The notes: a model not told the origin generated them from the sequence alone. Positions 40,084 through 53,030 are shown, counted from the first letter of the whole stretch. The stretch: DNA of 63,586 nucleotides, filler included, from Octopus bimaculoides (GCF_001194135.2; 3 parts of 3 records of this genome joined end to end with filler, not necessarily neighbours in it), one strand, 5' to 3'. Numbers and translations: made by a program.

Positions 40084-40487
40084 ATAGCATATGTAAAAAT
40101 GCATGAAAATATATAGATAAAAGAGAACATACAAATCTGCACGTATATGTACATACAAAGATACCCTGTGATGTTGCAATTCACATGAAGGAACCTTGGA
40201 TCTCGGTTAGAAACCCACTCTTTCTCTATTTACAAGAAAACTTGAAATAAAAATGAATGACATACATACATAAATATATAAGGTTGAGGAGGGTATTGGA
40301 TTTAACTAAACCCAAGAGGATACAGGTAATACCGAGTAAGTGCTGTATACCGACTAGTTTGCCCCAGTCGTTGTATGAACAGGATTGGGGATTATAAGTC
40401 GTGTATTAGCGTGTGTATATGTAAATATATAAAAATAAAAGGATAAAGAGAGCAATGGTAAGGTTGGAGAAGTATTTTATGGATAGA

Positions 40488-40536
40488 GTCTTACAGCTGT
40501 TTCTGGGAAGATCCAGTCCTTCCCTTCATCGGAGAC
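40488..40536 (-). ncRNA. minimal hammerhead ribozyme-like motif (minus-strand copy)
   Basis: Reverse complement reads GTCT-CCGATGA-A-GGGAAG-GACTGGAT-CTTCCC-A-GAAAC-AGCT-GTA-AGAC. Confidence 0.6.
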
Positions 40537-40752
40537 AGAAAAAATAAAGGAATCTATTATTATATCCATAGGCGGATATTTTTAGTATGAAGTGGTAAAT
40601 AGTGTGATGCGCTGAAAAAAGAGAGAACACTACTTGAAGTGTAGTTTCATTCCAGTACTGTTCTCTCTTTTTTTCAGCGCATCACACTATTTACCACTTC
40701 ATACTGAAAATATCCGCCTATGGATATAATAATAGATTCCATTATTTTTTCT

Positions 40753-40801
40753 GTCTCCGATGAAGGGAAGTACTGGATCTTCCCAGAAACAGCTGTAAGA
40801 C
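40753..40801 (+). ncRNA. minimal type I hammerhead ribozyme-like motif
   Basis: Stem I GTCT/AGAC; core CCGATGA (U4 to C); stem II GGGAAG/CTTCCC; GAAAC; palindromic AGCT loop III; GTA triplet with predicted cleavage after 40797. Confidence 0.65.
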
Positions 40802-40949
40802 TCTATCCATAAAATACTTCTCCAACCTTACCATTGCTCTCTTTATCTTTTTATTTTTATATATTTACATATACATAAATATATATATATATACATACAT
40901 AGATGCATACATGCATACATACATACATACATACATACATACATACATA

Positions 40950-41130
40950 CCGGATCATCCCATAAATAATGCTATTTTTCATGCTTATTTTATTTTTCAA
41001 AATAAAGATAGACAAAGTTCATTTTAATCTACAATATACTCTCCTTCATTTACTACAATGTTCTTCCATGTATCTAGTAGATACATGCATGCTGTCCTGT
41101 ATCCATAACTTTTATGCAGATATACTTTTT
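40950..41130 (-). mobile_element. mariner 3' end with TIR
   Basis: TA-CCGGATCATCCCATAAATAATGC end; minus-strand ORF ends WKNIVVNEGEYIVD*, a typical mariner C-terminus. Confidence 0.7.
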
Positions 41131-41839
41131 TAAAGGTATGTGATAAACCTATTATAATGGGTAATACTAAGTGTACTTTTTCTTTTTCTTTTTCTTTTTT
41201 CCTTTGTGATGTAATCTTTGAACTAGCAATGTTTGCGGCTGAAGATAGTTTTAAACCATTTTTTATATCAACAATAAACCTATACTGATGCAACTGACAG
41301 ATTGTTTATAAAGCTTGAAACACGTGTACCGCAATATGCTTTTGTGTTCTGTTTTCAATTTATATTTGATATATACATATATATGTAGGTATGTACATAT
41401 ATGTATGTATTTATTCATATATTTATATATCATTTATATTATATATACATACATGTATATACATATATACATTGACACGTATAAGTGAGTGTGCATGCGC
41501 GTGCATATTTGTGGTGTTTGTACATATTTCAACCTCACATCGCAGTCAGGTGTAATATTTTAGCACCGCATTTTTGTTTATCTGTTTAGAAAATTACCAA
41601 ATACCTATGAAATTATAAGAAGGACTATGTCATATCATATCGATGCTCATTAATGAAATCGACGTGCTCCAGCATGGTCAAAACTTCAGGTCTGAAATAT
41701 GTAAAAGAATAAAAGAATACAAACTTACATATACATACATTCATACATGCATATATCCCTAGATATATATCCTTGTATAATTACATACATAAAAACACTC
41801 ACGCATACACACACACACACACGCGCGCATACACGCAGA

Positions 41840-41883
<44 letters not shown>

Positions 41884-42050
41884 NNNNNNNNNNNNNNNNN
41901 NNNNNNNNNNNNNNNNNNNNNNNNNNNNNNNNNNNNNNNNNNNNNNNNNNNNNNNNNNNNNNNNNNNNNNNNNNNNNNNNNNNNNNNNNNNNNNNNNNNN
42001 NNNNNNNNNNNNNNNNNNNNNNNNNNNNNNNNNNNNNNNNNNNNNNNNNN

Positions 42051-42260
42051 TGAGGGGGTACCAAATAATTATTGGTTTTAAGTGTATCTCCATAGTAAAT
42101 ACAAATTTGTCCTTCTAGTTATGAATCCATTCACAAGTACTCGCCGAATATCCAACATCTATTCAAAATCAACAACTGTACACTTATGACAGGTGTTCCA
42201 CAATCGACTATAAGGTACAGAACCAATGCAGGAACGATTTCGAGAGTGAGGACGTAAAAA
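42051..42260 (-). mobile_element. mariner-like 3' end, degenerate
   Basis: GAGGGGGTACCAAATAAT TIR-like end next to a gap; minus strand gives a weak RLWNTCHKCTVVDFE-like C-terminus. Confidence 0.4.
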
Positions 42261-42679
42261 GGATAACACGGGTGGGATGAAGTTCATTACAGCTGTTTCA
42301 CACGTGTTCTTTATTGATTAACAAAAACTTTACATCATATAGAAGAAAAAAAAACTTTTTCATCAGGTTACATTGGTAACCAAGATGAGAGGGTCAACTT
42401 GCATCATTTTTCAGAAGAGCGTCTTCGTAGCCAGCTACATGCTCTAACGAGAATTCAGCGTCTCTGATATAGGGATAATTTGGTGTTGCAAAAACTCTGG
42501 TATACGCAACTGGGGAATTATTTAATTAAAATAGCCAGCCATACATCAAAGTTATGTATAGTGTTTTTCAAACAGCGAGTCCTGAAAAACTGTGATCTCA
42601 ATTGAAACGCTGCTGTAACTGGAGTATCGATAGTGTGTATAGGTAAAAGTACATACACACACACACTCACACACACATA

Positions 42680-42732
<53 letters not shown>

Positions 42733-42920
42733 NNNNNNNNNNNNNNNNNNNNNNNNNNNNNNNNNNNNNNNNNNNNNNNNNNNNNNNNNNNNNNNNNNNN
42801 NNNNNNNNNNNNNNNNNNNNNNNNNNNNNNNNNNNNNNNNNNNNNNNNNNNNNNNNNNNNNNNNNNNNNNNNNNNNNNNNNNNNNNNNNNNNNNNNNNNN
42901 NNNNNNNNNNNNNNNNNNNT

Positions 42921-43047
42921 GTAGTGAAGGAGCGCTGTAATAAGGCTGTGAATCGGAAAGTGAAATACGTTTCATGAAATCATAATTAACTAATCCTCCT
43001 GTATTTCCATTTACTCAAAGCCAAGAACTTTTCAGCACACCTTCGTA
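42921..43047 (+). mobile_element. mariner-like 3' end with TIR
   Basis: VKERCNKAVNRKVKYVS*, then ...AAGCCAAGAACTTTTCAGCACACCTTCG-TA. Confidence 0.7.
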
Positions 43048-43689
43048 TATGGTATATATTTGGATATGAAATTTACAATACAAAAAGAAGATATTAACTT
43101 TACTTGGGTTTCTAAAAATGTCCAGGAAATTTACTGCTTTCGTTTTTTCTATTTTTTTTTTTCGTATTTTATCAACGTACATAATCAATAAATTCTGACA
43201 TTATCTATTGTCATATTTATGGGGGTTATAGGAAAGTAGATATTAATAAAAGTATTGAAGGTTATGGGAGTGATGGCTGGAAGTTGTTTATATTAATAGT
43301 AATAAAGATGGAAAGGTTTAAAGATGCTCTATATAGCAATTCTGCGTATAATAGTGATGATTATGTGTGACGGCGGACGTGATAGTTGTCTTCCTAGTTT
43401 TAAAGATGGCCGTAATATTATTACATGTAATAACAATATCAATATCTACATTATCTTCAGTATTAGTAAGTGTATAGATAATAATACTTACATTAGTACT
43501 AAGAGTGTCCAATGCCATTGAGAAAAGCTATATTGAATGTAAATAATTAAATGATAATATAAAATGTAAGTAATATAATACTTGACAAATAAGTAATATA
43601 CGTCGTAATATAACTGTTATTAAGAGTAATATATTGGTGATTGTAGTATAATGTTATTAGTTATAATGGTTTTATTCTTAGGAATAGAT

Positions 43690-43879
43690 CAGCAATTTTG
43701 GACAAGGGGGCTAGTCGATTACATCGACTCAGTTGCTCGGTTGGTACTTATCTTATCGACCCCGAAAGGGTGAAATATCGACATTGGCACAGTTTAAACT
43801 CAGAACTCAGACACAAGAAATGCCTCTAAGCCTATTGCCCAGCGTGATAACGATTCTGCCAGCTCAACATCTTAATGGT

Positions 43880-43947
<68 letters not shown>

Positions 43948-44229
43948 TAATAATAATAATAATAATAACAATAATGATGATGATGATGATAATGATAATA
44001 ATAATAAGTGTTTCATATTTTGCCACAAGGGCAGCCATTTTGGGGTAGGAATGAGTTGATTACATCAACTCCAGTTTTCAATTGGTACTTAATTTATTGA
44101 CCCGATAGGATAAAGGGCAAAGTCGCCATCGACGGAATTTGAAGTCAGATTGTAGCAGAAGACGAAATACCTGTAAGCATTTCACCCAGCATCCTAACAT
44201 TCTGCCAGCTCGCCGCCCTAATAATAATG

Positions 44230-44326
<97 letters not shown>

Positions 44327-44990
44327 TTTTGGCACAAGGCCAGCAGTTTGTGGGATAGGTTTTATGTCAATTACATCGACTCCAGTATTCAACTGGTTCT
44401 TATGTTATCGACTCCTAAAGGATGAAAGGCGAACTCGACCTGGGCGGAATTTTATCTCAGAACGTTAAGACAGACGAAATGCCGCTAAACATTTTGCCCC
44501 ACACGGTAACGTTTAAACCAGCTCGCCATCTTGATATTGGTATTAATAATGATTGTGTTAATAATCCTTTCTACTAAAGACACAAGGCTGAAATCTTGTG
44601 GTGGGGGAGATTTGTGAATTACATCAACCCCAGTGTTTCACTGGTAATTAATCTTTAGAACACTAAAGGATGAAAGGTAAAGTCGACTTCGGCGGGATCT
44701 TAACTCAGAACGTAAAGACATACGAAATACAGCTAAACATATTCCCCTCTTGGTAGCCGCCTTGATAATGATGATAATAATGATTGCAGTAATAATGCTG
44801 TCAAATTTTGCAACAAGGTCAGCCATTTTGGAAGATGGGATGAGTCGAGTAAATCGACTGAGTGTTAATCTAGTACTTATTTTATCGACCTCGAAGGGAT
44901 GAAAGGTAAATTCGACCTTGGCGGATTTGAACTCAGAACGTAAAAACGGACGAAATGCCGATAAGCATTTCGTCCAGCACCTTATTGATT
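43690..44990 (-). mobile_element. head-to-tail array of five SINE family B copies separated by (TAA)n tails
   Basis: Units at about 43690, 44005, 44325, 44560 and 44795, each with ...CGACCCC.AAAGGATGAAAGG.AAAGTCGACC..GGCGGA.TTTGAACTCAGAAC... Confidence 0.9.
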
Positions 44991-45713
44991 GTGATAATAA
45001 AGCTGATGTATTGTTCTTGGTGTTGGTGATACCTTTGTAACTATAGTGGTCTAACTATCAATGATACCAGTGATACCTAGTGTTCTATAAGCTATGTTGT
45101 GGTGAAACTATATATGTTTTGGCTGTGTTAAATTTACTAATACTGCACTATTTGCTATATCAATTAAAATATTTATTAGGCAGCCCAGAAATCGTATAAG
45201 TCGTAATGCTCTATACTATCGTGCATTTGTACAGTTCTCATTTTGTAATATAAAAATGCACAATAATATACAGTATACAGTGCTTTATGTTATATCATTT
45301 TACAATACTCGTATCCAATGCAGCCACAATGAAATCCTCATATATTTTCCTTGCAACTTCCTACATTTTTAAGAAATTCTATAAGTTTTGTGCCTGCAAG
45401 CTGTTACGTTCTCCGAATTATATGTGAATATTCTGTCTTCGAAGGAAAAATTTGTTTTGAATTTTCGGTGCTTAGTTTACATAGCAACATTTTGTTCTTA
45501 TTTGTGTTGCTCTAAGAGCTGCCATTCCTGAGTATATTCTATCTATTGCAAAATGCATTTATGATAATTACTATTAGAGCCTCGTTGTAAAATTTTTGCA
45601 ATATTTCTCTCGGCATTTATGTCTGAGATCAAATTCGACCCACCTAAACTTTGTATTTAAACAATTGCAATCGCAAAAACAACTCAAGTATTATCATTAT
45701 TGTTGTTGTCATA

Positions 45714-45755
<42 letters not shown>

Positions 45756-45756
45756 T

Positions 45757-45900
45757 TATGTTTGACTTTTGTTTTGCATTTGTACAAGTTGGATCCAAGT
45801 CTTACCCAGAGACCTCAAGAGACAACAAGTTAGAAGTTCATGTAGGTGTTATGCCTAGGGTACCATATATTTGGATTTGTACAGTTTTGTTCAAGTGAAT
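45757..45900 (-). mobile_element. R4/Dong-like element, last ~140 bp of the 3' UTR, embedded in (TTA)n
   Basis: ATGTTTGACTTTTGTTTTGCATTTGTACAAGTTGG...CCTAGGGTACCATATATTTGG matches 14720-14850; TTA repeats on both sides. Confidence 0.8.
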
Positions 45901-45934
45901 GTTTATTATTATTATTATTATTATTAATTTTAAT

Positions 45935-45990
<56 letters not shown>

Positions 45991-46315
45991 NNNNNNNNNN
46001 NNNNNNNNNNNNNNNNNNNNNNNNNNNNNNNNNNNNNNNNNNNNNNNNNNNNNNNNNNNNNNNNNNNNNNNNNNNNNNNNNNNNNNNNNNNNNNNNNNNN
46101 NNNNNNNNNNNNNNNNNNNNNNNNNNNNNNNNNNNNNNNNNNNNNNNNNNNNNNNNNNNNNNNNNNNNNNNNNNNNNNNNNNNNNNNNNNNNNNNNNNNN
46201 NNNNNNNNNNNNNNNNNNNNNNNNNNNNNNNNNNNNNNNNNNNNNNNNNNNNNNNNNNNNNNNNNNNNNNNNNNNNNNNNNNNNNNNNNNNNNNNNNNNN
46301 NNNNNNNNNNNNNNN

Positions 46316-46347
<32 letters not shown>

Positions 46348-46384
46348 ATGTGTGTGTGTATGTGTGTGTGTGTGTGTGCGTGTC

Positions 46385-46560
46385 TGTATGTCTGAGTTTT
46401 CCCCCTCACCATCGCTTCGCAACCGATGCTGGTGTGTTTACGTCCCCATAAACTAGCGGTTCGGCAAAAGAGACTGATAGGATAAGTACTAGACTTACGA
46501 AGAATAAGTCCTCTAGCATGGCCGCAGTCAAATGACTGAAACAAATAAAAAAATAAAAGA
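46385..46560 (+). mobile_element. SINE family A 3' half
   Basis: AACCGATGCTGGTGTGTTTACGTCCCC...AGCATGGCCGCAGTCAAATGACTGAAAC. Confidence 0.8.
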
Positions 46561-47329
46561 ATATATATATATATACATATATATACATACATACACACAC
46601 ATACACTCACTCACACACACACACACGCACACACATATATACATATATATATACATACATACATATATATATATATACACACAGATATATTGATATTTAC
46701 ATCGTTGAATTTTGGTTGCCATTTTATAGGTTTTGCCGTGGTTTAGTTTTCGTATTTGTGCAATTTGTATATATTGGCAGTTTTTTTTTTATTTCCAGAA
46801 GTTTCCAAATTTTTCAAGGTGATCCTTTGTGTGTCCGGCCACAGAAAATTACGGATACGTAGGATATTTAACTTATTTTGGAGGAAATATTCGTTGTGCG
46901 TTTAAAAGAGTTGTTGGAATAAAAGGTACATTTTATCGTGCGTTGCTGTTGCAATAGAAAGTATATTTACATATTCGAATAGTCAAGGAAGAAAATAAGA
47001 GCAAAATGTTCAAAGAGAATTGTATTTATTAATGTTAACCATTTGAGTGTTCGACCTGAGGAACTGTAACGTTCTTGTGCTAAAAGAATGTTTACATTTT
47101 TGAATACTCAGGAAAGAACAGGTATTCACAGAATATTGTAGGTATTAAAGTTTCAAAGTTTTTGAATATGATCGTTTGTGCGTTCGGTCAGAAGAAATTG
47201 TGGATATTCATGATTTTCAACTTGTATTGAAGTAAATCTAAAATATTCACAGCTAAATTTTCACAGAGAATTCTAGTTATTAAAGTTGTTTTTAATTTTC
47301 TAATGATGATCGTTTGTCTGTTCGGCCAG

Positions 47330-47403
<74 letters not shown>

Positions 47404-48094
47404 CATTATTATTATTATTGTTGTTGTTGTTGTTGATGTTGTTCTTATTGGCGTTAAGTACTAGAAGTAATAGTTACAAGATATCTCATTCAATGATATT
47501 AATACATATATACCATTGTTATCCAAATTGCTAATACTTTCAGGTTTGTATCGTTATCGACAATACTAGTCATAATGATAATTATGTAGTGAATGATACA
47601 ATTATTGTTGCAATCAACGCTAATTGTATAACGATCAGTATCCATCATCACAATATACATCTTTACTACTATGAATACAACTGTTTCTAGATTATTAACA
47701 ACTTGCATCTTTATTAATGTTATTATCAACATCTACCAGACACTACGATTAACTTCACTGTCCTCACGAATAACATTTTTATAACCACCATATATAGAAC
47801 AATAGTTACCGAAGAGAGCTTCAACCTCAACAAAATGGAAACAATTATCTCCCTTGACAAATTTATAAAATCAATTAAAGTTAATATCCTTCTTTCGTGT
47901 AGTAAGCTGATAGGATCAAATATTTATTTCCAGTTTTATCTTGATATTCACTGTTGTGTATCGTTAGAGTATTATTACTTGGTAAGAACTATTTCCAGTT
48001 TGATTAAGAGAAGCTGGCGATTATTTTCTAAATATATATACAAAAATAAGTCTTTAAAATATTAGTTTCATGTGTAGGCAGAAGACCAGTAAGA

Positions 48095-48250
48095 GAAGGA
48101 TATGGGGTCAGTCAATTACTCGACCCCAGTGCTAAGTCTATCGATCCCGAAAGGATGAAAGACAAAACGGGATTTGAACTCAGAATGTAATAATGGACGG
48201 TATACCGCTAAGCATTTTGTCCGGCGTGCTAACGATCTTACCAGCACCGC
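48095..48250 (-). mobile_element. SINE family B, partial
   Basis: CGACCCCAGTGC...CCCGAAAGGATGAAAG...TTTGAACTCAGAATG. Confidence 0.75.
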
Positions 48251-50324
48251 GTCTTACGACTTTCAAATATTAAAATTAACAATGTTCATACATACATACT
48301 TACATACATACACACACACACATACCTATATATATATATATNNNNNNNNNNNNNNNNNNNNNNNNNNNNNNNNNNNNNNNNNNNNNNNNNNNNNNNNNNN
48401 NNNNNNNNNNNNNNNNNNNNNNNNNNNNNNNNNNNNNNNNNNNNNNNNNGCGCTATTTTACAGAATTAATCGACGGTCAGATTCATGGTAATGTGCCAAT
48501 AAGCCCGATATCAATTTTAAAAGATAGTGAAAACTGTGTATGTGGAGTTACTGAAGAAGGAAATTTAAGTTGCCGATTGAAAACCTTTTCTGATTAGTAA
48601 ATCTAGGTTGAAAATTTTAAGAACCCCTTGAACTTGCGCAACATAAACATCACTGGTAAATCGAGCAGTACTGAAACAAATGCTACGCTTAATCATACCG
48701 AGAAACTGTAAACAATTATATATAATAAATTAAAACATACCTAAAGGGTGATACACATTAGAGAAAATATAGAATGTAGTTGAAACTGTACGGTTGTAGA
48801 ATCTCGTGCCTGCTCTTGAATAAAAATTAAGAATATGATTCAAAGTTTCTACAAATCCCCTGATACTTCCAGAAAATCCTCGCTATCATCCCGAAAGTGT
48901 AAGGGCTTCTAAGATACGCGACGCTTGATTTACCTATGATTTAATGTGCAAATAAGAAGGTATTGATTCATGACCGTTTAAAAGACTGGTTGACAAATAT
49001 TCTTTGGTCTGTTGCGGAAAGCAACAATGCCGGATATAATATATCCATGGAAACATTTCCATTTTTAGTCAATGCATTAAGTCTTCCAGTAAACTTACTT
49101 GTGGGAGTAGAAAATATTCTCAACTATAAAACTTCTTGGCTCTAACTAATGAGTCAAAGTGTGATGACTAAATTCAAAGGATATTATTTGACAACATATG
49201 AAAGCAAATGACTGGGAAGATAAACCTGCAGTTAGGGATATTATCGATAATATCGATATCATAATAAAGCCATGGAATAAAGTAAAGCTCTTAATTCTGA
49301 ACTGTATTTAGTAAGACATACAGCTACACTCTATCCGTAAGTTCACTTGTTTTCCACAAGCAGAAAGTCTACATCAAATTAGAGTGACAAAGTAATTGTC
49401 ATTGAAGGATTCATAGAGTATGTAGTATTCGAATGAGAAAATCTACCTAACTGGTTACTGAGACTGTTGGAACAAAAGCAAGTGGAGAATACGAATGAGA
49501 ATACGGAAATCCCATCAAATTCCACTTAAATTAACAGCAAAGAATATAGCCAAAGGTTGTCACATATGGAGAACAGAATGCAAGTTTTTGCTGATAACAA
49601 CACATTTAGTGAATATAGCAAACGTTACAAAAGAAATTTAGAACGAGCTGTCTTTACAATGAGCTGTACAAAGAAATGATGCGACATAAACATCAAACAA
49701 TTTTGGATAGATACCGCTATGAAGTTATTCATGATAATGATGAAGTATTAGAAGAATGTTTGTCATCTTTTCAGTAACTCTCATTCCATGACTATCTTTC
49801 ACACATCAGTCAACTTCTTTTGTGGAAAGAACACACCCTATTAAGATATGAGGATTCTTATCTATTCCTCAATGTATTTCTGTTGAAAAGTTTTTTATGT
49901 GCGCATTTTATACTGTGTATGCTAAGAAACAGTTAGTCTCATGCATAAAAGTTGTCATGTTGCTTGTTTGTTTTATATTTTTTCTTTGTTTTGCTTTTCG
50001 AAAATATCTACTGCAAATCTTTCTCATTGGATAATTTGAAAAACAATGAGAAAAATTCGCTCCCCGTTACAGGTTACTCTGTCACGACAAGATTATCATG
50101 AATTATTTGCTTCCGTAACTCGGCGTATTCCTGTAATTATACTCAATACCATGCATCAAATATGTTTTCACTGAACTATACACAAGTACATACATTCAAA
50201 TATATGTATATATTTACAAGTATTTTAAGCTTAAAAGTGGGTATGTATTTGTGAATGTGCGTGCGTGCATTTGTGCGTGTGTATGTACATGTGATGTGTT
50301 TGTGTGTGTGTGCGTGTGAGTGTG

Positions 50325-50444
<120 letters not shown>

Positions 50445-51067
50445 CAAGAGCGTTGCTACGTTCTCCATTTGAAGTTTACTATATGTTTTGAACAGATTAT
50501 CAGAATATTTTCTCCAAAATATAGACTTTATTTTGTTCAAAGCGGTTACACCGTCCTCTTCTTAAAATTTAATTCAATTCTAATAAAATCCTTTGCCATG
50601 GCAACAAGAAAGTTCTTTTGTATAAATATCGAATTCTATACCTCAACTTGTATACTTTTCAAAACATTCTGATTCATGCCCTTCATTTGCGTTTCTTTTC
50701 TCCTTACCACTTCTTTGAAGTTCTTTGTAATCTATTCGTTTTGTGTCTTTCGCCTTTTATTTTAACAGATATTACACCAACCCACACCGTCAGCTTAGCT
50801 ACCATCGGTCTCTTTGTTACACTAATTTTATGTATCTAATGATCTTTTATTCTCCCTTTTCAAATTTAGTGTATGGAGGAGTGCATATACACATTCAAAC
50901 ATGCACACACACGCGCGCGCGCATATATATATGTTTGCGTATGTGTGTATATATGTGTGTGTATATANNNNNNNNNNNNNNNNNNNNNNNNNNNNNNNNN
51001 NNNNNNNNNNNNNNNNNNNNNNNNNNNNNNNNNNNNNNNNNNNNNNNNNNNNNNNNNNNNNNNNNNN

Positions 51068-51099
<32 letters not shown>

Positions 51100-51574
51100 C
51101 ATCTGTCTATCTGTCTGCCTCTGTGTATGTGAGTGCCTGCATGTGTGCGTTCGTTTGTGTGCGCGCGGGCCTATATGTGTGTGTTTTTGGGACATTTTGG
51201 TTACACAATTTTGGATACAACGTATTAAATTATCAAATTGCACACCTTGGATGAGTAACTTGCATTTTATCGTAAACTTTTCTTCCCGCAGTTATTTGTT
51301 GCAAGAAAAATAATGGATTCTAAGTAGATGCAACACGCCGGCATTGTCTTTTTCACGAGATAGTTATGAATGCAGTCCGATATCCCCTGAAGACAACAGT
51401 TTTTTTTGTTTTGTTTTTTTCCGGTGGTGACACCATTGACAACAGCACTGTCAAATTAAGAATGAAGAATTTTAAAGAAAGAAAACCAGAATTTATGCAG
51501 AAGATGAATCACACCGTGTATTTTAACTACNNNNNNNNNNNNNNNNNNNNNNNNNNNNNNNNNNNNNNNNNNNN

Positions 51575-51586
51575 TTAATTAATTAA
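51575..51586. other. artificial scaffold spacer TTAATTAATTAA
   Basis: 44 N + 12 nt + 44 N. Confidence 0.9.
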
Positions 51587-52814
51587 NNNNNNNNNNNNNN
51601 NNNNNNNNNNNNNNNNNNNNNNNNNNNNNNCATACGTTGTCTGTGGCATCAGCTCTATTAGCCGTATCTAGAAAGCTGTAAGTGTTTTTTAGAAAGGAAG
51701 TTTTGTTGAGTGTGTGTGTGTCATTCCTGTATATATTGGAAGGTCCTATGTAGAAGTTCATTTTATACAAGTTATTAATGTTCTAGTAGCAATAACAGTG
51801 ATGGTGACGATGACGGTGACAACAACAACAACAATAACAACAACAACAACAACAACAATAATATGCCAAACTTTCAAACTTAGCGGTGTAAGATATCCTG
51901 TTGCCTCTTCCAACGGCTCTACCATTCTGCTGCTAATGGGGGAGGGTTAATTACTACCGTTAACTTCATATATATATATATATATATACATACATACATA
52001 CATACACACACTCATATATATATATGTACATATACAATCATACACACGCATATCTATATACCTGCATGTATATATATCTATTGGTCTATCTCTATATATG
52101 TATGTTTACACACACAAATCCACACAGTGCTGATCAATTATTTAATGTCCTGTAAATTATTGGACCTGATAGAGTCACGTTCGTTTACTGTTAGTTCTAC
52201 ATTGTAAACTATCGTGTGCGCATGCGTTTCGAAACATATCTGTTTATAGAACTGAACACATTCTGAATTCTATTAAAGAACTGGATATGGGATGGCCATG
52301 GTGATTGTCTCAGTGCCCTTGGAAGTATTTCCTGTTTGTTCTATATCTATGTCACATTATCAATAATTTTAATACTACTCATAATATGCAACACACAAAA
52401 TATCTGCCGATGTTTTCTATACACGCTGTAATGAATATTAATATATGAATATTTATATCTTTAATAAATGAATACTAATATGCTATATATATCTATATTA
52501 CCATCACCGAGAATCAATAGAGCGTTGAGCATTATATCTTCAAGTATATAGTCATATCTCTCTTCTTTCTGTTTAAGTTCTTAGGAGATTGCCATTGTCA
52601 TATACCTGACCGCATCCTTGCTATTTATACAAGGTCTTGTGTAAATTGGAATTAAAAAGTGAAACGTCGAGCCAGCTATGAAATCACAATGTGGTCATTT
52701 AATCTGCTCAATATAATAGCGAAGGCGCTCATAAATCATAAAATAACGTCATAAATCATAAATTAACGGCACATCGAATAATATAATCTCCGTAATGATA
52801 TGCTTAAGTATTCC

Positions 52815-53030
52815 GGCAAGCTGGCAGAAACGTTAGTACGCCGGGCGAAATGCTTAGCGGTATTTCGTTTGTCTTTACGTTCTGAGTTCAAATTTAGCCG
52901 AGGTTGACTTTACTTTTCATCCTTTCGGGGACAATAAGGCCTCAGTTGCGTACTGCGATCCATCTAATCAACTGCCCCCCCACTCTCCCAAAATTTCGGG
53001 CTTTGTGCCTAGAGTAGAAAAAGAATGATA
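52815..53030 (+). mobile_element. SINE family B, plus-strand copy
   Basis: GGCAAGCTGGCAGAAACGTTAGTACGCCGGGCGAAATGCTTAGCGG...TTCTGAGTTCAAAT...TTTCATCCTTTCGGGG. Confidence 0.85.

Larger units (their letters stand above)
40415..40874. repeat. near-perfect inverted repeat (arms ~223 bp, 13-nt spacer), probably inverted Penelope-like pseudo-LTRs
   Basis: Arms at 40415-40637 and 40651-40874 with about 7 differences by eye; each arm carries a hammerhead-like motif. Confidence 0.9.

Noticed and set aside
44005-44345. Idea that SINE family B is mobilised by the Dong-like element
   Set aside because: Tail polarity is opposite (ATT versus TAA on the sense strand) and no shared 3' sequence was visible.
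43690-44990. Repeat-spacer periodicity resembling CRISPR
   Set aside because: Units are ~200-bp diverged SINEs, spacers are microsatellites, the context is eukaryotic and there are no cas genes.
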